Assembly (NCBI GenBank): GCA_963794945.1 | Contig: CAWCFT010000002.1 | Span: 1 to 64,000, forward strand | DNA length: 64,000 bases | Direction of reading: 5' to 3' | From: Endomicrobiales bacterium | GTDB taxonomy: Bacteria > Elusimicrobiota > Endomicrobiia > Endomicrobiales > CAWCFT01 | Shown: positions 29,821 to 38,011 of the stretch, one piece after another | Layout: each line of letters opens with the position of its first letter | Position numbering within the stretch: position 1 is the stretch's first letter | Notes under the pieces: model-generated | Told to the model about the DNA's origin: nothing | The model's input: the letters and a program-made list of their open reading frames with translations, nothing else | The model's database searches: none | Made by a program: the position numbers and the translations under genes

Positions 29821-30656
29821 ATGGACAGGAACATACTGGCAAGGAATATCCTTATACTCAACCAGTTAGAAGAGATCGCTTCAGCGTTCTCTAAAAATAA
29901 TATCTCCGCCGTGCTCCTCAAAGGCGCGGCGCTTATTGTTTCTTTCCCGGCGTACTCCGGTATCAGGAATATGGAAGATATTGATATGCTTGTAAGGCCA
30001 AATGATATCACAGCCGCAAAAGATACGTTATCATCTATGGGTTACACCCCGGCACCCGAAGATCCGTGCGGTATGATAAACCCGACAAAACCTGCCCCTG
30101 TGGACCTTTCGGACAACATGTGGTACCTCGACCGCAAAGAAAACGAAACACTTTTCAATGAAAGCCTTCAGTTTATTTTCGATGGATTCTCAGGGCGCCT
30201 GTCGCGATTGAAAGCCGAAGATTTTTATATCCATGTGCTCGCGCATGGCGCCATCCATCACGCGGAAGCAGACCCGAAATGGAAAGAAGACCTTTTGCTT
30301 ATACGCGAAAACTGGGGGAAATCGATTAACTGGAGGGAAGTGGAAAACAAACTGAAGCTTTATGGTTTTCAAAAAGCCGCGGCGATTTATTTATCTCCGG
30401 CTTCAGGGAAAGGTTCTTTTTACGGCAGGCGCTGCGCTCAAGGGACAATCCGCTCAAAGGCCATATTTCCAGATTTATTTATCTGCCGTTTAATAAAAAA
30501 TTAACATATATTATTGAGGTATTTTTCCCTTCTAGCGAGTTTCTGTTAAACCGCTATGAACTGAAGAATTCGTTTCAGATTTTCTTATATAGGATATTCA
30601 GGCCGTTCCTGCTGCTGAAAAATCTTGCCTCATGCGCCAGGCACTTGCTTTCCTAG
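29821..30656 (+). CDS. Uncharacterised nucleotidyltransferase (NTP_transf_5-like), ~278 aa after one -1 frameshift near 30426
   Basis: LLKGAAL...RNMEDIDMLVRP motif and HxxxH. An alternative frame gives a plausible C-terminus (...FFPSSEFLLNRY...LYRIFRPF...LLS*) ending at 30656. Confidence 0.8.
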
Positions 30657-30661
30657 ATAGC

Positions 30662-31342
30662 TCAACGTTTGAATTTATCTGGGAACTGCTTGGCAATGCC
30701 CACAGCTAATATCTCGCCTATATCGGAGCTTTGTTTGAAAGTTGCCATAAAGAGCTTTTCATCAGGCTTGCTCAAGCTAACATGCTCCATATCCACCTCT
30801 TTTATGCTCATGGCACAATATTTATCCAGCGCCTCCGAAAGCCCGCTCTTTGACCAGGCAGGGTTGAAAGAATCGAACAAGTTCGCTATTTCTCCAGCTT
30901 TGCCATGCATGCCGCTGACAATACTTGCCCTGTCACCACCTTTGTTTATGGCATTGGAATAATCAATTGTAGCTTGAATGTATTGTGTGAAAAGCGTGGT
31001 TATCTGGCCGCCGGTAGAATCGCCGTAATAATTCTTAAAAACAAGGCCTATGTTGTTAATCGCTATCGTGAGTTTGTTCTGTGCTGTTTGAACGTCCGGC
31101 GCGCCGGTGAGGGTTTTAACCGCGAGCGACCGCTGTTTGTTCAGGCACTGCGTGAAAAGATTTCTTAGAGATGTTCTAAGCTTGATCTCGTTTGCCGAAA
31201 CCGCTGTTTTAACGTTACCAGTCCTGGCTTGCTGCGGCGCAGGCACGACAGCCTTGTTGTCAGCGTGAGCGGCCCGAGATGAAAATACAGAAAGGATCAA
31301 GACAGAGCATACAAAGAGCATAGCACCGGCGTGACGTTTCAT
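30662..31342 (-). CDS. Secreted alpha-helical conserved hypothetical protein (YYG...NPxW family)
   Basis: 226-aa ORF, SD GGAAGGAG upstream, Sec signal ending AAHA, FKNYYGD and FNPAWS motifs. Confidence 0.75.
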   Translation of the reverse strand: MKRHAGAMLFVCSVLILSVFSSRAAHADNKAVVPAPQQARTGNVKTAVSANEIKLRTSLRNLFTQCLNKQRSLAVKTLTGAPDVQTAQNKLTIAINNIGLVFKNYYGDSTGGQITTLFTQYIQATIDYSNAINKGGDRASIVSGMHGKAGEIANLFDSFNPAWSKSGLSEALDKYCAMSIKEVDMEHVSLSKPDEKLFMATFKQSSDIGEILAVGIAKQFPDKFKR

Positions 31343-31448
31343 TTTTTACTCCTTCCAACTGTATTAAAGAACTGCACGTTAATTATAACTAATTATGCCT
31401 GTAAAATAAAGGCTGACAATGTTTAATGACATTCATTGTACGGATGTG

Positions 31449-31477
31449 TTGCAAATGATACAATAAATAGCTAGAAT
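31449..31477 (+). promoter_or_regulatory. Putative sigma70 promoter for the 56-aa gene
   Basis: TTGCAA (31449-31454), 17 bp, TAGAAT (31472-31477). Confidence 0.55.
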
Positions 31478-31529
31478 ATTTTTCAGCTATTTTTCTAAGC
31501 ATACAACTAATATCAAAAGGAGTTGAATC

Positions 31530-31700
31530 ATGCATAAACACGGTTTTTTCGGCGGGACATACTGTATGGTAACGATCGGAGCAGCCATCTATTTTATTCA
31601 ACATACAACGACTTTTTGGGGAGGCGTGCTTGGTTTCCTCAAAGCTGTAGTTTGGCCGGTATTAGTCACGTACAAAGTCTTTGGTCTCTTGAGCATGTAA
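31530..31700 (+). CDS. Small membrane protein, 56 aa (MHKHGFFGGTYCMVTIGAAIYFIQHTTTFWGGVLGFLKAVVWPVLVTYKVFGLLSM)
   Basis: Below the ORF-track cutoff. SD AAAGGAG 8 nt upstream; two hydrophobic segments; FWxGVLGxLKAxVWP pattern. Confidence 0.8.
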   Translation: MHKHGFFGGTYCMVTIGAAIYFIQHTTTFWGGVLGFLKAVVWPVLVTYKVFGLLSM

Positions 31701-31726
31701 GTTGCGTGCGAACATACACAAATTAA

Positions 31727-32491
31727 TCAATAATTCCCTAGGTCGCCTTTTTCTCTTGTTTTTTTGTAAGCGATCGTGAACGCAAGCGCGCCGGCTGAAA
31801 ACAAAACAAGCGCCCATCCCGCCTGAACTGCGAATCCCGACAAGAGTGGTGTTTTTCCATAAAGAAGAATATCCCGCCACATATTCAGCGCATATGTAGT
31901 GGGAAGAGCGCCTGAAATATTTTTCAAGATATCAGGAAATACTGCGACGGGGAAATATATACCGCTTAACAAATCAACCGCCGAGCCAAGGATCCAGTTC
32001 ACCGGATCACCGCGTTTAAAATACAAAATAAAACTACCCGACAAAAGGCCTATGCCGCCCATCGCTATCGAGTTTAAAATGAATAACGGGATGAACAGAA
32101 AAAGATTTAAGTTGAGATCAGCCTTTAACAAAAACTTTCCTAAAAATAGAAGGCAAGCGGTCTCTATGGCCAGAAGAGCGAATTTAAACGCTGTAGAAGA
32201 AAGAAGCACAAACAATGGCCTGTTGGGGGACAGGAAAACATGTTCGATCGTGCCCCAGTACTGCTCCTGCCGGATATTCTCGGCAAAAACATTAAGCCAG
32301 AACTGAAAAAATCCGCTGAACACGAGCCCGATAAAAACGAACTTGAAATAGCCGTGATTACCAAGGAAACGGCTTATGAAAAAGAATATAATAAGCTGCG
32401 TAACAAGGCCGATGAGCTTAAGAACTAGATGGAAACGGTAAGTCCTTTCGATAGCGGTATCACGAAAAATGAAGGCCCATAATATATTCAT
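31727..32491 (-). CDS. ABC-2 type exporter permease
   Basis: Multi-pass. RQEQYWGTIEHVFLSP, LLSGIYFPVAVFP and LPTTYALN motifs. Probable start MNILW at 32491 overlaps the ATPase stop (ATGA). Confidence 0.88.
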   Translation of the reverse strand: MNILWAFIFRDTAIERTYRFHLVLKLIGLVTQLIIFFFISRFLGNHGYFKFVFIGLVFSGFFQFWLNVFAENIRQEQYWGTIEHVFLSPNRPLFVLLSSTAFKFALLAIETACLLFLGKFLLKADLNLNLFLFIPLFILNSIAMGGIGLLSGSFILYFKRGDPVNWILGSAVDLLSGIYFPVAVFPDILKNISGALPTTYALNMWRDILLYGKTPLLSGFAVQAGWALVLFSAGALAFTIAYKKTREKGDLGNY

Positions 32492-33144
32492 AATAGCGCC
32501 TCTATTCTGCCCCCGGAAAGAATACCCGAACGGTTTGAATATTCTTTGGCCCACAACCTGTCGTGGGTGACCACAACGCATGCGGCATTGCTTTCCAGGG
32601 AATAATCTTTAATGTATGTGGAAACTTTCTCTGACGAATCCTTATCAAGGCTTCTTGAAACTTCATCAACAAGCAATATCCCGGGAGCGATCAGCATCGC
32701 CCTCGCGAGGGCCAGCTTCTGCCTCATCCCAGATGAAAGATGGCTGAATTTTACTTTTCTGAAACTATCGATACCTAATCCTTCAAAAATGCGTTCTATT
32801 CGTCTTTTCGGCACATTACCGTAAAGTTTCGCAAAAAAACCGATATTGGCTTCAACTGTCATCATCTGGTAAAAGCTGTTTTCAGCCCCGCACATAAGCC
32901 CTATCCGCGATTTTGCTGCTTCAGGGGAACTCACAACGTTAATACCATCAGCAAATATCCCGCCAGAAGAAGGCAGAACAAGAGTAGAAATTATTTTCAG
33001 CAAAGTTGTTTTTCCTGAACCGTTCGCGCCCATTAAAGCGTAAACTTCACCCGGGGCCACTTCGAGTGAAAGATCATTAAGCACGTTTTTCGTGCCGTCA
33101 GGTGTCTTGTACGACTTAGATAAATTAGTAACACTTAATCTCAT
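32488..33144 (-). CDS. ABC exporter ATP-binding protein
   Basis: Walker A GANGSGKT, signature LSSGMRQK, Walker B ILLVDE, H-loop VTH. Probable start MRLSV at 33144. Confidence 0.92.
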   Translation of the reverse strand: MRLSVTNLSKSYKTPDGTKNVLNDLSLEVAPGEVYALMGANGSGKTTLLKIISTLVLPSSGGIFADGINVVSSPEAAKSRIGLMCGAENSFYQMMTVEANIGFFAKLYGNVPKRRIERIFEGLGIDSFRKVKFSHLSSGMRQKLALARAMLIAPGILLVDEVSRSLDKDSSEKVSTYIKDYSLESNAACVVVTHDRLWAKEYSNRSGILSGGRIEALL

Positions 33145-33327
33145 TTTAATGGTCCAACATGAATCCAAACCCAAACATTTTAAACCGAATTCACGATTTA
33201 ACAGCTTATATGTCAAAACACTATAATTTTATATATGATTGTTGATATTTTGCAAGATTGAGCTCAAAATACGTATTTCAGCACAATAATATATGTAAAA
33301 ACCTTGGTGTATTGTATCTAATTTTGC

Positions 33328-33356
33328 TTGACAAATCAATTTTATTCTTATATACT
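33328..33356 (+). promoter_or_regulatory. Near-consensus sigma70 promoter upstream of the glycan cluster
   Basis: TTGACA (33328-33333), 17 bp, TATACT (33351-33356), in an AT-rich divergent intergenic region. Confidence 0.75.
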
Positions 33357-33366
33357 TCATTTGTAA

Positions 33367-33849
33367 ATGAATACTTTTTTAAATGTCTTTTTCAAGGACC
33401 CAGTAATGCTCGCGGCTGGTATAGTTCTGGCAGGCACGGTGGGTATCGCGCTTTGGGCCCTAAAATCCTTGAATGAAGGTTCATCTGCACCCGAAGAAAT
33501 ATCTTACGAAGATATCCCTCAAGATGACGAAGATACATCACACGTTGACAATTCCGGGCTTACCGAGGCAAGGCTCCAGGCTATTGTAAATCAGCTCAAT
33601 GATATCAGCCAGCGCCTTATCGATATAGAAAAATCCATTAAGAACGCTAAACCTTCAGATCAGACGATACCGTCACTGCTCAATCCGGCTAAAATAGATG
33701 AGTCTTTCAAACGCCTCGAAGCCAAGATCGATGCAATGTCTTCAGTGAAGATCGTTCCCGAATCTACTCCGACCGATATTTCCGCCCTTGAAACAAAACT
33801 CGAGGGCATACACAAACTCCTTATCTACTTAACGGACAGCGGAAAATGA
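33367..33849 (+). CDS. Hypothetical protein with N-terminal membrane anchor and coiled coils
   Basis: One TM segment, acidic linker, heptad-like segments; overlaps the next gene (ATGA). Confidence 0.75.
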   Translation: MNTFLNVFFKDPVMLAAGIVLAGTVGIALWALKSLNEGSSAPEEISYEDIPQDDEDTSHVDNSGLTEARLQAIVNQLNDISQRLIDIEKSIKNAKPSDQTIPSLLNPAKIDESFKRLEAKIDAMSSVKIVPESTPTDISALETKLEGIHKLLIYLTDSGK

Positions 33850-34394
33850 CAAGAAAGAACCTCATTTCACTCATGGTGCTTGACCTCATAGTTATGGCGC
33901 TTGCAATAGCCCTTATGGCATACAGATACCAAGCCTTCTCAAGCCTTCCGATATCTTCTCTTAAGCAAAATACCAAACAGCTGTCAGATGAACCGGAAGC
34001 TGCTCCGCAAGCCATGCCGCAAGCAGCGCAAGCCGATATTGAAAAACCAGCCGAAAAACCTGATATTGAAACAGCACGCGAAGAAAAAACTGCTACAGCT
34101 GCCACGGCTGAGAAAAGGAACATATCTTTCACCTACAAGAATTCAAAGGTGAAAAAGGTTGAAATAATAGGTGATTTTACGGATTGGATACCTAAGAAAA
34201 TGTTGAAAGGCGCGGCGGGTTTGTGGAGGATCAACCTTGCGCTTGCTCCAGGCGATTACGCTTATAATTTTGTGATCAACGGCAAGCCAAAACGGGACCC
34301 GAACAACGCCAAGATATGTAACGCCGGTCGCGGTTTCCCTAATTCGTTCTTGAAAGTCAAACCTCTTTCAAATGATAACAATAAAGCGGAATAA
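33846..34394 (+). CDS. Membrane-anchored CBM48 / AMPK-beta-like glycogen-binding domain protein
   Basis: N-terminal TM, A/E/K/P linker, KVEIIGDFTDW...LAPGDYAYNFVING...DPNN. Confidence 0.85.
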   Translation: MTRKNLISLMVLDLIVMALAIALMAYRYQAFSSLPISSLKQNTKQLSDEPEAAPQAMPQAAQADIEKPAEKPDIETAREEKTATAATAEKRNISFTYKNSKVKKVEIIGDFTDWIPKKMLKGAAGLWRINLALAPGDYAYNFVINGKPKRDPNNAKICNAGRGFPNSFLKVKPLSNDNNKAE

Positions 34395-36060
34395 ACTTCT
34401 CGCACTCATCCTGTTCACTACATTCTTTTTCTGCCTACCGGCTTTTTCGGATGTTTTGTCAGACCAGACCCTCGCCAACGACCTGAACTATTACAGAAAA
34501 GTATCGAAGCAAAAAAATCTAAACGCCAATGACCGCACTTTTATCCTGAATCGTATTGAAGAAAAATACGATGGGTCCGGCATAGATACAACTCCAATTC
34601 AACAGGAACTGGATAAAACCGGCAAAGACGGCGCATCCGAAGACAGCCCTCTGCCGGAAAAGAAACCTATAGCTGTCAAGAAAAAAAATAACACAAAGGC
34701 AAAGGGCGCCAAGGGGAAGGTCGAGAAAATATTTATTTCGGAAACGAGAGATAGTTCTAAAATATTCATAGCGGCAGAGGGCGTTTCGAGGTCAAATTAT
34801 TTTCTCATGAAAGACCCCGCTGACGGCAAACCTTCTAAAATAGTGCTCGACCTTTACGACGTCCAGAACAAACTCTCGGCCGCAGCCAGTAATATTTCAC
34901 CCCGCGAGGGCTTGTTCTCAAACGTTTCTTCCAGCCAGTTTGAAGGCCCGCCAAACAACGTGGTACGCGTTATAGCAGAGCTTCGAATTGATGCCTCTTA
35001 CACGGTTAAGAGAGAAAAGAACCTCTGGATCATCACCGTTAACAAAACAGAACAGGATAATAAGCCCGATAAAACAGTTCAGGCTGCGGTAGCAACACCT
35101 CCAGCCGGAGACCCTGCCGTCAAGGTAATTGCAGGAGGCCCGCCGGTATCAGTTCCTGTTGAGATTAAGTCTGATTTACGGGATACTGCAAACACATCCC
35201 AACCGGAAAAGACGAATAAGAGCGTAGCTGATGATTATAAGATAGAAAACTCTGATATCCTCGGAGTTACGATTTATCCGGCGGATGAACTTTCAAGAGA
35301 GGTTGTTGTGCAGCCCGACGGGAACATTCCTTTTCCTCTCATAGGAGCTATCCAGGCAAAGGGCCTTACGATAAAGCAGCTAGAGAATAATCTTTCAAGC
35401 GAGCTTGGCCGTTATATCTCCTCACCGCAGGTCTCAATAACCGTAAAACAGTTCAGCAGAAGGCAGATCTTTATTACCGGTGAAGTAAAGGGAGTCGGGG
35501 CATACAGCTATAAGGAGAACCTTAGGCTGATGGAATTCATATCTTCAATAGGCGGTTTTACCGACGCGGCGAACAGGAAAGAAGTTAAGATATACCGCGG
35601 CCCTCCCACAAAACGCCAGGTCCATCTAGTTGATGTTGAAGACTTGATAAAATCAGGTGACTTTACAAAAGATTTTCTGCTCGAGCCAGGAGATATTATA
35701 GAGGTGCAGAAAGGACAGCCAAGGATCGCTATACTGGGAGAGATCAAAGTTCCTGGCTATTACGACTACAAAGAGAACATGCATCTTGTCGATCTGGTAT
35801 CCAGCGCCGGAGGATTTACGGACAACGCGAAAATAACTGATGTCAGTATCATACACCCTTCTCCGGACAACAAAATGACCGTGGTTAAGGTGAACCTCAA
35901 GAAAATACTTTCTGGAAAAGATAGAGATGTGGCAGTCCTGAGCGGTGACACAGTTTTCTTTCCTAAAGGAACCGTCGCCTCAGGAAGCCTTTTTATTACC
36001 AATATTATGCCGTGGATAACCCTTCTAACACTGGTTTTTGCTGTCAGAGGCGGAATATAG
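34372..36060 (+). CDS. wza: Polysaccharide export protein (OPX/Wza-like) with N-terminal AMIN-like domain and two SLBB domains
   Basis: VQPDGNIPFPLIG...GLT...YISSPQVSI (Poly_export); ITGEVK.G and ILGEIK.PG (SLBB); KIVLDLYD...VVRVIAELR (AMIN-like). Confidence 0.85.
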   Translation: MITIKRNKLLALILFTTFFFCLPAFSDVLSDQTLANDLNYYRKVSKQKNLNANDRTFILNRIEEKYDGSGIDTTPIQQELDKTGKDGASEDSPLPEKKPIAVKKKNNTKAKGAKGKVEKIFISETRDSSKIFIAAEGVSRSNYFLMKDPADGKPSKIVLDLYDVQNKLSAAASNISPREGLFSNVSSSQFEGPPNNVVRVIAELRIDASYTVKREKNLWIITVNKTEQDNKPDKTVQAAVATPPAGDPAVKVIAGGPPVSVPVEIKSDLRDTANTSQPEKTNKSVADDYKIENSDILGVTIYPADELSREVVVQPDGNIPFPLIGAIQAKGLTIKQLENNLSSELGRYISSPQVSITVKQFSRRQIFITGEVKGVGAYSYKENLRLMEFISSIGGFTDAANRKEVKIYRGPPTKRQVHLVDVEDLIKSGDFTKDFLLEPGDIIEVQKGQPRIAILGEIKVPGYYDYKENMHLVDLVSSAGGFTDNAKITDVSIIHPSPDNKMTVVKVNLKKILSGKDRDVAVLSGDTVFFPKGTVASGSLFITNIMPWITLLTLVFAVRGGI

Positions 36061-36091
36061 ACGCATTTGAGATTTAGTACCTGGAGACAAG

Positions 36092-38011
36092 ATGGCCCAA
36101 TATGAGCTAAACGTTCAAGATTATGTCAGGATATTCAAAAAGAGGCGCTGGGTAATTATACTCACGTTTTTTTCTATACTCGGTTCCGTAATAGTTTTTA
36201 CTAACCTGCAAACCCCGATATATCAGGCATCCGCGACCGTAAAAGTAGAGGCAAGCCTCATAATACCCGGCGTCGGCGTAGACCAGGCCGGCTGGGACAT
36301 GATAACGGTTCTGAACACGGAAGTAAAGATAATCAAATCCGAAATAGTATGCAAAAGGACCGCAAACAAGCTTAACATGATCACCCCTGATATGTCCGAG
36401 CAGCAGATACAGGCCATAGTCGGAGCTATCTCATCAAAGATAAACGCCGAGCGCGTGGGGGACACGAATCTCGTAAACATTTCCGCCATGTCTTCTGACC
36501 CAAAAGAAACCGCAAGGCTTGCCAACGCCACAGCAGAGGTCTATATCGAGAAAGGTATTGAAGACAGGAACAGGCGCGCCAGGGAGCTCAGGCAATTCAT
36601 CGAAGTACAGGTAAATGATGCAAAGGCAAAGCTGAGCCAAACCGAAGACGCTTTACGCAGGCATACTGAAAAGTCTGGAGCTACAGGTGTCGGTGGATAT
36701 ATGACCTCGCACCTTATCGAATTGCAAAATAAGAAAAGTGAACTTCAGAAAAGATACACTGAACACCATCCTGAAGTAGAAAAACTGAATGAACAAATAG
36801 AAGAGGTCCAGGCGCAGATGAAGCAGCTGCCCGCGGAAGAGCTTGAGTATGCGAGGCTGTCCCGCGATGTATCGATAAATAACGAACTATACACACTACT
36901 TGCCAAACGCCTTAAAGAAGCTCAGATATCGGAAGCCGACCGCGTACAGTCAACTTTTATAATCACCCCAGCAGTTGAACCTTCCGCTCCTATAAAACCC
37001 AACAGGAAAATGAATATCGGTATCGGAGCATTTCTGGGTATATTCCTGGGCTTTGTTTTCGCTCTTGCCATTGAGAACCTCGACACGTCTATAGGCACTA
37101 TCGAAGACGTAGAAAAGTACCTTAATCTTCCTGTAATCGGCATTATACCCCACGTTGACGTTGAAGGAAAGATCAAGACACTTTATTTGAAAGGTTCAAG
37201 CCGTGACCAGCGAATAAACATGATGCGGTCAAAACTTGTAGTCTATCAATCGGCAAAATCACCGTTTGTAGAAGCTTATCACACTCTGATGACAAATATG
37301 AAGTTTGTTAAAGGAGAGAATGTAGGAGGCGGCTCAAAAACGCTGCTATTTACCAGCGCCGGCATAGGGGAAGGTAAAACCATCACTTCTTCGAATTTCG
37401 CGCTTGCCGCTGCCCAGAGCGGGTTAAAAACCATAATTGTTGAAGCTGACTTGAGGCGCCCCACCCTGCACTGGATATTCGGGCTCCAGCGCGGGCCGGG
37501 ATTTTCTGACTGCATTATAGGCTCCAGGAACTGGAGAGATGTAATAAAAGGCACTACGGACTTCATCATGAGCGATATGGGATCGGATAAGATACTGCAT
37601 TATCCGGGTATCGAGAACTTAAGCCTTCTTACTTCAGGCCACATAACCCCTAACCCGATCGACATGCTCAACTCGCCCGAAACCGTAAGAATACTCAAAG
37701 AAATGGCGGAAGTTTACGACATAATTATACTCGACTGCCCTCCTGTGCTCCTTTTTGCGGACGCGCTTATTTTGGGCAACCACGCATCAGGATCGATACT
37801 GGTGTACCAAGTGGGAAGGATGGCAAGGCGCGCCTTAAAACGCGCCAAGGAACAGATGGCCAACGTAAAGGCGCCGATGCTGGGCGTAGTCCTTAACAAC
37901 GTCAAAACCACAGAAATCGGGTCTTACTATGGGTACGGTTACTACTATTCATATAAGTATTATGCCAAAGACATCCCTAAAGAAAAGGCCATGGGAATGC
38001 ATAATAAATGA
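36092..38011 (+). CDS. wzc: Polysaccharide co-polymerase / BY-kinase
   Basis: Two TM segments, coiled-coil periplasmic domain, Walker A GIGEGKT, ADLRRP, IILDCPP, Tyr cluster SYYGYGYYYSYKYY. Confidence 0.93.
   Translation: MAQYELNVQDYVRIFKKRRWVIILTFFSILGSVIVFTNLQTPIYQASATVKVEASLIIPGVGVDQAGWDMITVLNTEVKIIKSEIVCKRTANKLNMITPDMSEQQIQAIVGAISSKINAERVGDTNLVNISAMSSDPKETARLANATAEVYIEKGIEDRNRRARELRQFIEVQVNDAKAKLSQTEDALRRHTEKSGATGVGGYMTSHLIELQNKKSELQKRYTEHHPEVEKLNEQIEEVQAQMKQLPAEELEYARLSRDVSINNELYTLLAKRLKEAQISEADRVQSTFIITPAVEPSAPIKPNRKMNIGIGAFLGIFLGFVFALAIENLDTSIGTIEDVEKYLNLPVIGIIPHVDVEGKIKTLYLKGSSRDQRINMMRSKLVVYQSAKSPFVEAYHTLMTNMKFVKGENVGGGSKTLLFTSAGIGEGKTITSSNFALAAAQSGLKTIIVEADLRRPTLHWIFGLQRGPGFSDCIIGSRNWRDVIKGTTDFIMSDMGSDKILHYPGIENLSLLTSGHITPNPIDMLNSPETVRILKEMAEVYDIIILDCPPVLLFADALILGNHASGSILVYQVGRMARRALKRAKEQMANVKAPMLGVVLNNVKTTEIGSYYGYGYYYSYKYYAKDIPKEKAMGMHNK

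Noticed and set aside
29821..33144. Lasso-peptide/RiPP cluster
   Set aside because: No cyclase, B1/B2 protein or credible precursor; the 56-aa ORF looks like a membrane protein.
33188..33216. Minus-strand promoter for the ABC operon (TTGACA at 33216-33211)
   Set aside because: No acceptable -10 box at 16-18 bp spacing.
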